From Pseudogymnoascus verrucosus (Eukaryota): 64,000 nt of DNA. Below are positions 11,007 to 21,759 of this stretch, in pieces; within the stretch, counting starts at the first letter, position 1; each line of letters opens with the position of its first letter. The notes beneath the pieces were generated by a model. That model searched no databases and was not told where the DNA came from. It saw nothing but the letters and a program-made list of their open reading frames with translations. Made by a program: the position numbers and the translations under genes. The DNA lies in NCBI GenBank assembly GCA_001662655.1, contig KV460207.1; one strand, given 5' to 3'.

Positions 11007-13018
11007 TTAGAGCTCCTCAAGGCGCCCGTTCTTACCCTCATAGGGCCTCCCTGCCTCTCCCTCTGCAGCAACCGCGGCAACAACGACTCTCTCTTGGGGG
11101 GGGCTTTTTCTTAAAACTTTCTCTGTCGAGCTCTTCTTCTTCTGCACATAATCCCTCAAATACTCGTCATCTAAGTAAAACGTCACATCATCTTCTGGAC
11201 TGAACTCTTCTTTCGTAAACCCATTTCCGAGGTATCCCCACCGATTCCCACTCACATACTCAATTTCATAATCCTCATACTTCGGTTCCGCCATGTGGTC
11301 GAAAAACGCTAATCGGCTCCCTGGCCACATCACCAGCGGGCCATCTGTGGTTCCCTGCTTGAACCAACTCGAACACGGATCTACCCACGCCGTGCGCTTC
11401 AAATACATGGCCGCATGCTCTCCAAAATCCTTCGTAGCTCCCTCCTTCGGTGAGAGTCGCCTTATGTGCTCCTTACGCATCTTGCGAATGACTTGGAGGA
11501 AGTGCTTCGTTCCCAGTGTGAGCAGCGGCAGCACAGAGCCCTGTGCAACCGGAGAAAAGGGACCAGAGTACATGAAGTAGTTTGGAACGTTTGGGACGCC
11601 TACTGCAGCATACGAGAGTGGAAGCCCCGTCCATTTCTCTGATATAGATTTCCCGTCGAGGCCGATAATAGGGAACTTCGGGCGGAAGGAGGTGTCGAAG
11701 CCTGTGGCGCAAATGATCACGTCGACTTCAACTTCGGCACCGTCGGCAGTAATGAATCCATTAGGAGTAATGCCGCCAATAGTATCGGTATAGCAGGTCG
11801 TTTTCTCGCCGACGAGGCACTCGAGGTAGCCATTACCGGGCGTAGGGCGACGACAACTGACGTTGAAGTCTTTAGGAATAATCTTGTCGATGAGACCGGG
11901 GTTGTTGCTAAGCTTAATGCACATCTCCTTGTACGAGAACTCGTTCGCTTCGTCCGACTCTTCGGTGTTGCGCAGCACGAGCTTAAATCGCTGATTTAGC
12001 TCCAGCTCAATCATCTTCCTGTATTCTCTGTACTTCTCCGGGTCGTGGGCCCATTCTGCCTTCTGCTCATCTGTGTACTGAAAGTTTGCGCCATTGGGTC
12101 CTGCAAACTTCTGCCCAAAACCTGCTGTGATCCAGGTGGGACTGCGTACCCATGTATACAACTTTGAAACGTCTTTATAGATGGAGGCGACGACTTGGAC
12201 GCCGGAGCTTCCAGACCCTATCACAGCAACGCGCTTGCCCTTGAGGTCATAGCCCGTCTCATAACGCGCTGTGTGAAACATCTTTCCCTTGAACGTATTG
12301 AGTCCTGGGATTGTTGGCCATTTCCATGCACTGCATTCTCATATTAGTTTGCTTCTCAAATAGCATGGAAATGCAACACATACTTCAGAAATCCCGTGCC
12401 GTTCAATAATAAATCTGCATCCTCATGCCATTCCTTTACCACATTTCCCGCCTGATCTTTCTGCGCCAGGCTAATAATCCACCTTGACCTTTCTTCCTTC
12501 CACACGGCCTCCTTCACTTCCGTGCGCAGCGTAATATACTTATACATATCCTCCTTTGTCGCAATCATCTTCATATATTCCCAAATCTCCTTCGAGCCCG
12601 AGTAATAGCTTGTCCAATTTGGATTTGGGCACCAGGCAAACTGATAGCTAGCACTGGGAATATCACATGCACACCCGGGGTAGCGATTCTCAAACCATGT
12701 CCCACCAACATCCGAATTCTTTTCAAAAACCGCAAACTCCACGTTGAGTTGTGGGAGCGTTTGCACGGCATGATGCAGAAAATCAATGCCGGCGGCGCCG
12801 GCGCCGATGACCACGACTTTGAAGGGTTCAGCAGGAGGCTCATTGATCATGAGCTCGTTAATGCGGTAGCCGTTCTCAGAAACGGCATCATAGGAGGGGT
12901 GGTAGGCTGGGCGTTGCTTGGACGATGGGTGAGCTTCTGTGGTGTTGCTGCCAATGCGTAGGCCTTCCGGACGCACGAAAGTTGAAGAGTTGACTTCAAA
13001 GTCGCTGTAGTCTCCCAT
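11007..13018 (-). CDS. Flavin-containing monooxygenase, Baeyer-Villiger (StcW/MoxY-like) type (exons 13018-12384, 12330-11007; ~652 aa)
   Basis: GAGAAG FAD motif, GGTWFENRYPGCACD, FKGKMFHTARY fingerprint, GSGSSG NADPH motif, ATGFD, CSSWFK. Confidence 0.9.
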
Positions 13019-13696
13019 TTTCAAGGATGGATATAAAAATTGCAGGACAAAAAATGAAGAGCGCTAGTGGTAAAATGTGAAAAGCACGTAAGTTAAGGGA
13101 GAAGATATATAATCAAAGTGGCGTCTATTAAGATAAAGACCAGGCCTATGGTGATTCAACTTGCTACCTTGGGCAAGATGATTTGATGCTATAGATTGCC
13201 TCTTTTCTGCCGAGGCATATCCGACAACAGCTTAAAGAATAACCTCCAAGGTTACCGCAACAAGAAGGGTATTCAGATAGACTCCGGGCCGCGATCCGTT
13301 CCCTCCGGACTGGGGCCGCAACAGAAGAAAAGTGCTTCCAGCGGCTGTGGGTAACGGAAGTTCATCGGTTCGTGAACGTTTTGAGTCCAAATGTGGAATG
13401 TGGGTGAAACGACCATGGTGGCACGCGGGGTAGGTAACCGGGGTTACACATTGTGTAAATCGTTGTATTATATCCGTGGAAACCACGGAGGAGAATCCAC
13501 AGTTCAGGGTTTACTAATAATACAGCTTAGATATTAATGATTTTGGTGGAACAACACCAATAATAAACACTAAAGATAAATGAGTCGTATTTGCTTGAAA
13601 CTTGACTGTGTTATATGATTCCATATCTGCCGCAGCGCCTCGAATATTAAAAGTGTTTGCCTTATTTTATGGCAGATGGGAGCAGATCAAAACTTC

Positions 13697-14681
13697 TCAC
13701 AGCTTTGTTGCCGCACTCTCGATAGACAAAAGCGCCCTCCCGTTATTCAACACCTCCTGTCCTTCTACGCTCGTCCTAAACAACACCTCCTGCAACCCAT
13801 TCTCTCTCCCCATTTTCCACATCTCTACTAACAGCGTGTCTCCCGGATACACAACCTTCTTAAACCTAGCCTGAAACTCCCTCAATCTTCTCCCATCTCC
13901 TCCTGCAAATGTACTCACCACCGCGTGTGCGCTCATGTTCCACGTACAAAGCCCATGCAAAATAATCCCCTTAAATCCCGCTTTCTTCGCCACCACACCA
14001 TCACAGTGTAAAGGATTATAATCCCCATTCAGTCGATATAAATGCGCCGTCTCTTTGGTTGTAACTTGCGTATATACCGCGTCTGACTGCCGCTTCGGTG
14101 GCACATATACCGTCTCCTTCTCTTTTTTCGGGCCGCCCCAGCCGCCTTGCCCAACAGCAAAGCTTTGTCGTAGAATGCGGCAGTACTTTGTGCCAGTGAG
14201 GGTATCCACGAGCACTGCTTCGGTCTCAGTAATCATTCCTGCGGGTCCCTTGTCTGCGACGCCGAGACAGGTAATCTGCAGCTCAAATGCGTGGTCGGTG
14301 GAAGAGGCGGGGAGTGGTTGGAATATTTGGATGTGGCGCTGGCCATCAAGGACGCGGGTTTGGTCAACGGGGGGGACACCTGGGATGGCAGGGGTGCGTG
14401 TTGTGGTATAATAGTCGATAATGCTTTGGTAGGAGCCTTTGAATTGCAGGATCACTGGGTATGTAGGGAACGACTGGAAGTCTGGGTGGAGCTCCTGAGG
14501 ATTTGTTAGATTGCGAGATTTTTTAGGACACCTAGGAGGTAAGACAAACATTTAGAAACTGTGACTCGTAGGCTTTGCATCCGATGCTCGTGGAAAAAAG
14601 GAGGGAGTCGCGCTTGTTCCATGAGCAAGGGACACTAGGGAACTTGAATCCTGCGCCAGGCAGCTTCACAGGTGAGGCCAT
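13697..14681 (-). CDS. MaoC-type (R)-specific enoyl-CoA hydratase 2 / peroxisomal dehydratase (exons 14681-14550, 14494-13697; ~309 aa)
   Basis: Hydratase-2 motif YRLNGDYNPLHCD, plus ILHGLCT and ARF..VVYPGDTL. Ends in -TKL (PTS1-like). Confidence 0.9.
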
Positions 14682-15397
14682 TTTTTTTGTCTTGCTGTAT
14701 GATGATAAATTATGGAAAAGGGGTGATATTTTAAAATAAATAGAGCAGAATCGTCGTATATTTCTAAAATTGATCAAAGGTTTAATGATAATTTGGATTG
14801 TAGCCAGGTGTATCCTCTTCGCAGTCATGCTAGTGTAGAATGCTCGATTACTAGTTTCCCTCCTACCTAACTAGTTATCCCCATGATCAAGGTAGATAAA
14901 GTATCTACTGCCGTCTAATAGCCACAATTCGGTGCAATGTGAGCAATAGAATACCTTCCGGCATCTACTAGATAAGCGGTTTCCGGTTGTTGTGCCGCGG
15001 AAGGCGTTCACACTAGAATGCGGAGAAAGGGCGGGGTGTTGTTGACACTACAGTGCGGGGAAAGCACCACAGCCACGGAAACCCAAGCTAAATCCTCTAA
15101 ATGACAGACCGGCTAAAAACATGAAGGTACTTGATAGGAAAACAACTACAAGCAGTACAAACAGGAAATTTTCAGCGCCAGAACTTTATAGCTTCTTAGA
15201 ATTTTTGATATATGAACTCAGTCATGAAGGAGGGGTGATTATATTTAAAATCAGAAGGTGCTAATATTTGAGAAAATTTTACTGTAGATTGCCAGTAAAA
15301 TTCCTGATTTGAGCTTGACCAACGATTACAAAGATCAATTTCTTCGCAAACAAAGCATCAAGTATGTGCATTTTATATATCTTGACTCATTTCTTTC

Positions 15398-17121
15398 TTA
15401 TGCCGTCTTTGTGGGCCACGTAGTCCTCCTCCTCGCTCTAACGTACAAATTCATGGGCCTAATCAGCTGGAAATCCGGATCATAATCAACAACCCCATGA
15501 CTTTCCTTACTAAACTCGTACCTGTATAGTAGCTCGGAAAACAAGATTTTGACCTCTTGCAGCGCAAAATTAAATCCAATGCATCCTCTTGGCCCTGCTG
15601 CAAATGGGACATAGGCGCACCGATGTCTCTTTTTCACAGCCTCCGTGTCCCACCTTGCAGTATCAAAGCGCAGTGGGTTCTCCCATATGTCGGGGTTAGT
15701 ATGAATTGCATACAACGCAGGGACTAGCACAGCATTGGCGGGCAGGTGCCAGCCGCCGGGGAGGATGACGTCCGTTTTTGTAGTTCGGGCAGGCTGGAAG
15801 GAGGGATTATGGAGGCGCTGGGTCTCCTTGACGAATTTGTCTAGATATTTGAGATTCGCGGCGTATTCGGGGGTCCAGGTGATATCGTTGTTGATGTCCG
15901 AGTCGATTAACTCTTGGAGGAGGCGCTCTTGCTCTCCGGGGTAGGTGATGATGGAGTAGATCATCCAGGAAAGTAGTGCAGAGGTCGTCGTAAAGCCTGC
16001 GGCTGTCATGATGACCATGTTGGGTAATATGAGGTCTTTTGGTAGCTTTCGGCCGTTCTCGTCAATGGCGCGATTGAGGTAATCGACCACACAGGTTGCT
16101 TTCAAGGCAGCATCGGCCATGGGCAGATCAGGTTTGTCGCGGGAGTCTACTGTGTCCATCGCACCTTGTAGCCTAGAGTAGGTCCGCTGTTGCATATCCT
16201 TCAGCCTCTTCGGGTCTCCAAAGGGTAGTGCCCCATACCAATCACCACGGGCCGTCACTTTCTTATTCAAAAGTAGCATATCTGCAATGTCGTGAATTAT
16301 CGGATCGACGGGAGAGTCTGGTTCGTTGAAGTGGCCGAAATCGAGGCCCAAGCAGAACTTTCCGATGGTCTGCGCTGCAAGCTTGTGCATGTATTGATAG
16401 ACGTTCAAAGTTTCACCGGTCGCATCTATCGCATCAAAAACCTTGAATGACCCCCGCACTGTTTGCTCCATAAGAGGAGTATAATGACGGATTGCGTTTG
16501 GGCTAAGTGATGGGGGCAGAAATTTATGATTTTGTTGCCAGGCCTTTGTTTCTGTGTCACCAATGAATATTGCCGTGTTGTCTTTGATCCCCCATAGAGG
16601 ATGGTCGGAAGTAATCTTTTTAGTGAAGTATATGGATTCGCTGAAAAGGTATCCAGCAATCACTGGGTCATCGGTATGATAATTGACCTTGCCCATATTG
16701 ACAGCCTTAACAACGGATCCATATTTCCTCAACAGACGAATAATATTCCCGAGATGGTCCGGAAATATCTCATAGTATGACCCAACGCCTGGAAACCCCT
16801 TGGGTCCAAGTACTTCGCGAACAGGTTGACCATTAATAGTGATTCCTATAGGAGTGGTGGCATCGAAAATGGCCCCCAGGTCTTCTATCGCACCATGTTG
16901 ATCTGTTTGAAAACAGATACCTATATATTATTTTAGCGATAGCTCTGAGCGACGGGGAACTGACAAGTTTAATCCTTACCAGTTGGTTCAATAATGTGAA
17001 ATTCGAGACCAAGATTGGTTTTCAGCGTCTTTAGATCCAGGATTGAATCCACATCAACCTCGCGTGTTGAGGGAGGCGTAACTCCAACCAGATAGAACAC
17101 CCGCGTTCTGTTGACAGTCAT
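15398..17121 (-). CDS. Cytochrome P450, probably CYP540-like, without N-terminal membrane anchor (exons 17121-16980, 16920-15398; ~554 aa)
   Basis: Heme motif FAAGPRGCIG, K-helix ETQR, I-helix AAGFTTTS. The reconstructed N-terminus MTVNRTRVFYLVG...GITINGQPVREVLGPKGFPGVGSYYEIFPDHLGN has no transmembrane helix. The family name is from recall. Confidence 0.9.
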
Positions 17122-17716
17122 GATACTGAATTTGTAGCTTCTTTCCTGTTTCTGAAATATTAAACTGGGTTACAGAATAGAGCTTTAAGAAGATCAATCT
17201 TCTCTGATTATAAAATGCGAGAACGATTTATTAGATTCAAGTGTAGATATGTCCTTGAGATAGATAATAAAATGAAATACCCGTGACGTACATGGATCCC
17301 TTTCACTACCGTGCTACACTTACAGGTATTCACAATTCCCATGCCAAGTGGTCCATAAACTAGTTATACCCTTGGTTATACAAGCACATTTTGCCTCGGA
17401 AAGTTGCCGCGGAAAGTTTTATAGTTCTTGATATGGAGAGTCTAGGTTAGCAGAAACGATATCCCAAGGTACCATGTTTAGTGCATTGGGGTGGAGTCTG
17501 GTACTGTCGTGCCCTGAACTCCGCGGGCTCTTCTCGGCAGGGGCAATTGACCGGGATGATGTACGCTTCACGTGTGGGACTAAAATTATTCAACGTATTA
17601 TGATTCTCATACAATATGCTGCTCAACGACATGACATCCGGGGAGAGCATTATTTATTGCTTGCTCTCGAGGTTACATTGCCATTTTTCATTCATACAGG
17701 ACTACAACAATATACA

Positions 17717-19251
17717 ATGACCACATCGTACACATTGGAAGAAGTGGGCAAACATGTCACTGATAAAGACTGCTGGATTGTTATACACAATAAAGGTAAT
17801 TAGGAGCTATAATAGACTCCATGCTCTGCTAGTTGAATAAGCGGTTCTGACAGCTCATAGTTTACGATGTAACAAGTTACTTCGAACTACATCCTGGTGG
17901 CGCAGAAGTCCTTCAAGAATATGGCGGTCTCGATGCCACGGAGCCATTTGAAGATGCAAGCCACTCTGATAGTGCCTGGGAAACAATGAACTCACTCATA
18001 GTGGGCGAGCTGGCAGAAGAAGTGAGTTGGCAGTTTTTCATTGGAGCTGTTATATAGGATACCAGCTAATTCCTTTTCTTGCAGTACCGACAAGCAGATC
18101 ATGTTTATTACAAAACCACACATGAACACGTTGAAGCCGCTCCTATATTAGCAAAAACTTCGACAGCGAAAAGGATTAAAAGCTTGTTCACCAAAGCTCT
18201 TGCTCTTAGCTTAACGGGAAGCCTTGTTTACTTTGGAAGGCCACTCCTCTCCACCCGTTGGCTGTCAACTGGTCTTCTCACCAATCAACTTCTACGCATC
18301 CGTATCGGGAAAACTTCTACGGACTTTTGGTATGGCTACCTCAGTTCCGTAGCCACAACTTCCCTGCTCGTGATGAGCGCTGGCTATCTCGCCGTGAATA
18401 AACTCAGCAGCGGCGGCGGCCATGGCGGACCCAGCTTGCCCGCTCGCTCAAAGCCCACGTTTAGAACATTGAAGAAGCCCTCGACTATCACGCCACCTGA
18501 AGCACCGATTCTAGCCACTCGTTCGTATCGAAAATTCCCGCTTGTGCACAAGAAAGAGCTCTCACCAAACGTGTATCTACTAGTATTCTCCTTGCCATCG
18601 CCCACGGCTGTCTTACCCCTGCCAACAGGCCAGCATGTCTCCGTGATGGCCGAGATTAACGGTCAGAGTGTCAGCCGCTCATACACACCGATATCAAACT
18701 ATAAAGATCCCGGCGTGATCGAGCTGGTCGTCAAGGTGTACCCGACTGGCCTTCTCACACCGCACCTCGGCAATCTGAACGTCGGCGACGCCGTTGGTTT
18801 CCGTGGGCCGATCGGCGCTATGAAATACAAATCTGGGTTAAGCAAGCGTATTCTCATGATCGCCGGTGGCACCGGCGTAACGCCCATGTATCAAGTCATC
18901 CGGGCAATCTGCGAAGATGAAGCAGATGACACAACAGTGACGCTGCTCTATGCGAACAATAACTTGGAGGATATTCTCATGAAGGAGAAACTGGATGCGT
19001 GGGCGGCGGCGCATCCAGGGAAATTTTCAGTCTCCTACGTTTTAGTAAATCCCCCGAATGGGTGGAAGGATGGGACGGGGTTTGTGTCGAAAGAGATGAT
19101 TCAGCAGAAGTTAGAGGGGGGTCTGGATACAAAGGTCATGCTTTGCGGGCCGCCGGGGATGGTGAAGATTATGAAGACGCATCTTTCTGACATGGGGTTT
19201 CCGGTTCCGGGGGCGATTTCAAAGGCGAGTGATCGTGTGTTTGTATTTTAG
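17717..19251 (+). CDS. Cytochrome b5 - NADH:cytochrome b5 reductase fusion protein (exons 17717-17795, 17861-18021, 18085-19251; ~468 aa)
   Basis: The b5 domain YTLEEVGKH..DCWIVIHNK|VYDVTSYFELHPGG...DATEPFEDASHS splices in frame to a hydrophobic linker. The reductase domain has GQH, RSYTPIS, GGTGVTP and CGPPGM. Confidence 0.9.
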
Positions 19252-19469
19252 CTGGAAGAACCTTTGTCAGATGTTCGGGATGCAATTTGTCACATTGCTA
19301 TAAAACACTATACTTTCTTTGAATTCTATTTTATAGATAGTCTGGTTATATAATCTCCTGTCTCCTGGTAAATTATCGCATTCAGAACTACAAAGCCAAT
19401 TTCATTTACCAATTACTACACTTTCAACATCTTACACTAGAAATGGGACTACTGGCGGGTGACACGCAC

Positions 19470-19527
19470 GGGTGTGATGGGTGCGACGGGTGCGACGGGT
19501 GCGACGGGTGCGACGGGTGCGACGGGT
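19470..19527. repeat. 9-bp minisatellite (GGGTGCGAC)x~6
   Basis: Read directly, upstream of the thiolase gene. Confidence 0.9.
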
Positions 19528-19920
19528 TCTCCATGAGCACGCCCCATGTCCCACATCAACTGGGACCGCCAGACCCGCATTTTACCCCGTACTCTGTACT
19601 CCGCATTTTCGGTCTTGTTGAAGTAACGAGCCAATCAGTCATGGCGACTCTTCCTCATGTGTGTAACCGTCCCTTTACCGCGGGGATGTCAACCGCGGGC
19701 TCGGTATCTATGAGCTCGGCAGAACAATCCAATCTTGACTTCGGCTCTGCCTATGACGGTATCCAGCTGTCCTGGCTGAGATGCGAGCTCATATTCCCAT
19801 CCCCGGAGTGCACATAGTGGAGCATATTTCTCGAGCATGAAGGTCTTGCCTCACCAGTCTCACTTTCGCCAATTGATTAACCTCTTGTTGGATAATACTT
19901 GTGTAGCAACTTTGATAATA

Positions 19921-21350
19921 ATGGCCGCTCTTCAAAAGGTATACGTCGTCGGTGTGGGACTGACCAAATTCGTCAAGCCAAGAGGACTCGTCGACTATCC
20001 CGACCTGGGCTTCGAGGCTGGTGTCAAAGCCCTTTTGGATGCGGGAATAAACTATGATGAGGTCCAGCAAGGCATTGCTTGCTATGTATATGGCGACAGC
20101 ACATGCGGCCAACGTGTTTTCTACCGCTTTGGTGAGCTTGTTCCCGGCGAAACATTTTTATCAAGTGTAGATGCTAATCTACCCTCTTCTCCGTTTCAGG
20201 CATGACCCAAATCCCCATCTATAATGTAAATAACAATTGCTCGACCGGCAGCTCCGGCATCTACCTTGCACGGCAGCTCATCTCCCACAACGCCGCAGAT
20301 TGCATCCTCGTCGTCGGCTTCGAAAAGATGTTCCCCGGCTCCCTCAAGACAAACTTTCCCGACCGAACACCCCCCAATGACCGCACCGTTGCCATGATGC
20401 GCGCCACTCGCGGCTTTTCTGACACCACTCCCCGCGCGCCTCAAACTTTTGGCAATGCTGGCAGAGAGTACATGGAGAAGTACGGCGCGACAGCCGATGA
20501 CTTCGCAGAGATCGCCCGTATCAACCATGCGCATAGCGCGAAGAATCCGTACTCACAGTTCCGCGACGTCTATAGCCTTGAGCAGATCAAGAACTCACCG
20601 ATGGTTCACGCGCCCCTCACAAAGCTTCAGTGCTGCCCGACTTCTGACGGCGGCGCCGCGGCCGTTATTGTATCCGAGAAGTGGCTTGAAGCGCACCCGC
20701 ATCTCAAGAGCCAAGCAATACTCATCGCCGGCCAGCATATGGCAACCGACAGCCCGGCGTTATACTCGCGATCGGCTATCGACCTCGTAGGGATGGAGAT
20801 GACACGCACAGCAGCGCGTGTAGCCATGTCCGAGGCAGGAATTACAGCCGCAGATGTCAAAGTCTGCGAGCTGCACGACTGCTTCTCCGCAAATGAGATG
20901 ATCACTATAGACGGTTTGGGGCTCTCGGCTCCGGGCAAAGCGCACGAGCTTGTTCGCGCCGGCGGAATCACGTTTGGTGGGCAGGTAGTGGTGAATCCGA
21001 GCGGTGGCCTGATTAGCAAGGGACACCCGCTGGGAGCGACGGGACTGGCGCAGTGTGCAGAGCTGTGCTGGCATTTGAGAGGATGGGCAACGAATCGCCA
21101 TGTGGAGGGCGCGAGGTATGCACTGCAGCATAACCTTGGGTTGGGAGGGGCGGCGGTGGTGACAGTGTATAAGAGGGCGGATGGGAAGTTGAATGGGCTG
21201 GTAGAAGATGTGGCGGGGGTTAGTAAGTCAAAGTATAATCCTGCTGTTGAGGCGAGAGAGCCGACGCAGGAGGATGTGGCGACGGTTATTAGTCGAACAA
21301 AATCAAGTGAGTGGATGGTTACAGAGAAGAAAATACAGGCCCAGTTGTAA
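19921..21350 (+). CDS. SCP2/SCPx-type thiolase without SCP2 domain (exons 19921-20131, 20200-21350)
   Basis: [32 protein letters not shown] (catalytic Cys), [32 protein letters not shown]. Ends in -AQL. Confidence 0.92.
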
Positions 21351-21759
21351 GCGGCTCGTATTCAAGAAGGTTGGGTTGCTGAAATGCAGACGGTATTGAT
21401 GTATGTTAGAGTATTTGAAGACTTCATCTACTCTTCTATGTATCAATCACTCTGTAATAGTTAGCTAGTATAGCTTTCGAGGATTCAACTTCTACTAGGT
21501 TGCTACGTACAACGTGATTCGCGTGAGTTGCCAGTATTTTAAATCAATACGATAGTGCATGATTCTTAATAAAGTGTTTTGTGCGTTGAATGTTCAAACA
21601 TTAACACCGCCCACAACGCATTTCACAAGAGGATGGTTAACACTCTGAGAGAATCACAGTATCCTTCGGTCTAGATTCTCCAATCCAGTAACCCATTCAT
21701 CAAGGATTCTTCGAACGCCCTGCCCAGAACATTTGTTTATAAAATTGTCATGAGGATGA

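Noticed and set aside
19443..19817. ORF with (GCD)n repeats resembling a metallothionein
   Set aside because: Simply the translation of the 9-bp minisatellite; the rest is not protein-like.
413..21350. Secondary-metabolite biosynthetic cluster or Starship cargo
   Set aside because: No PKS, NRPS, terpene synthase or DMATS, and no tyrosine-recombinase captain gene in the window. Neither can be excluded beyond the left edge.
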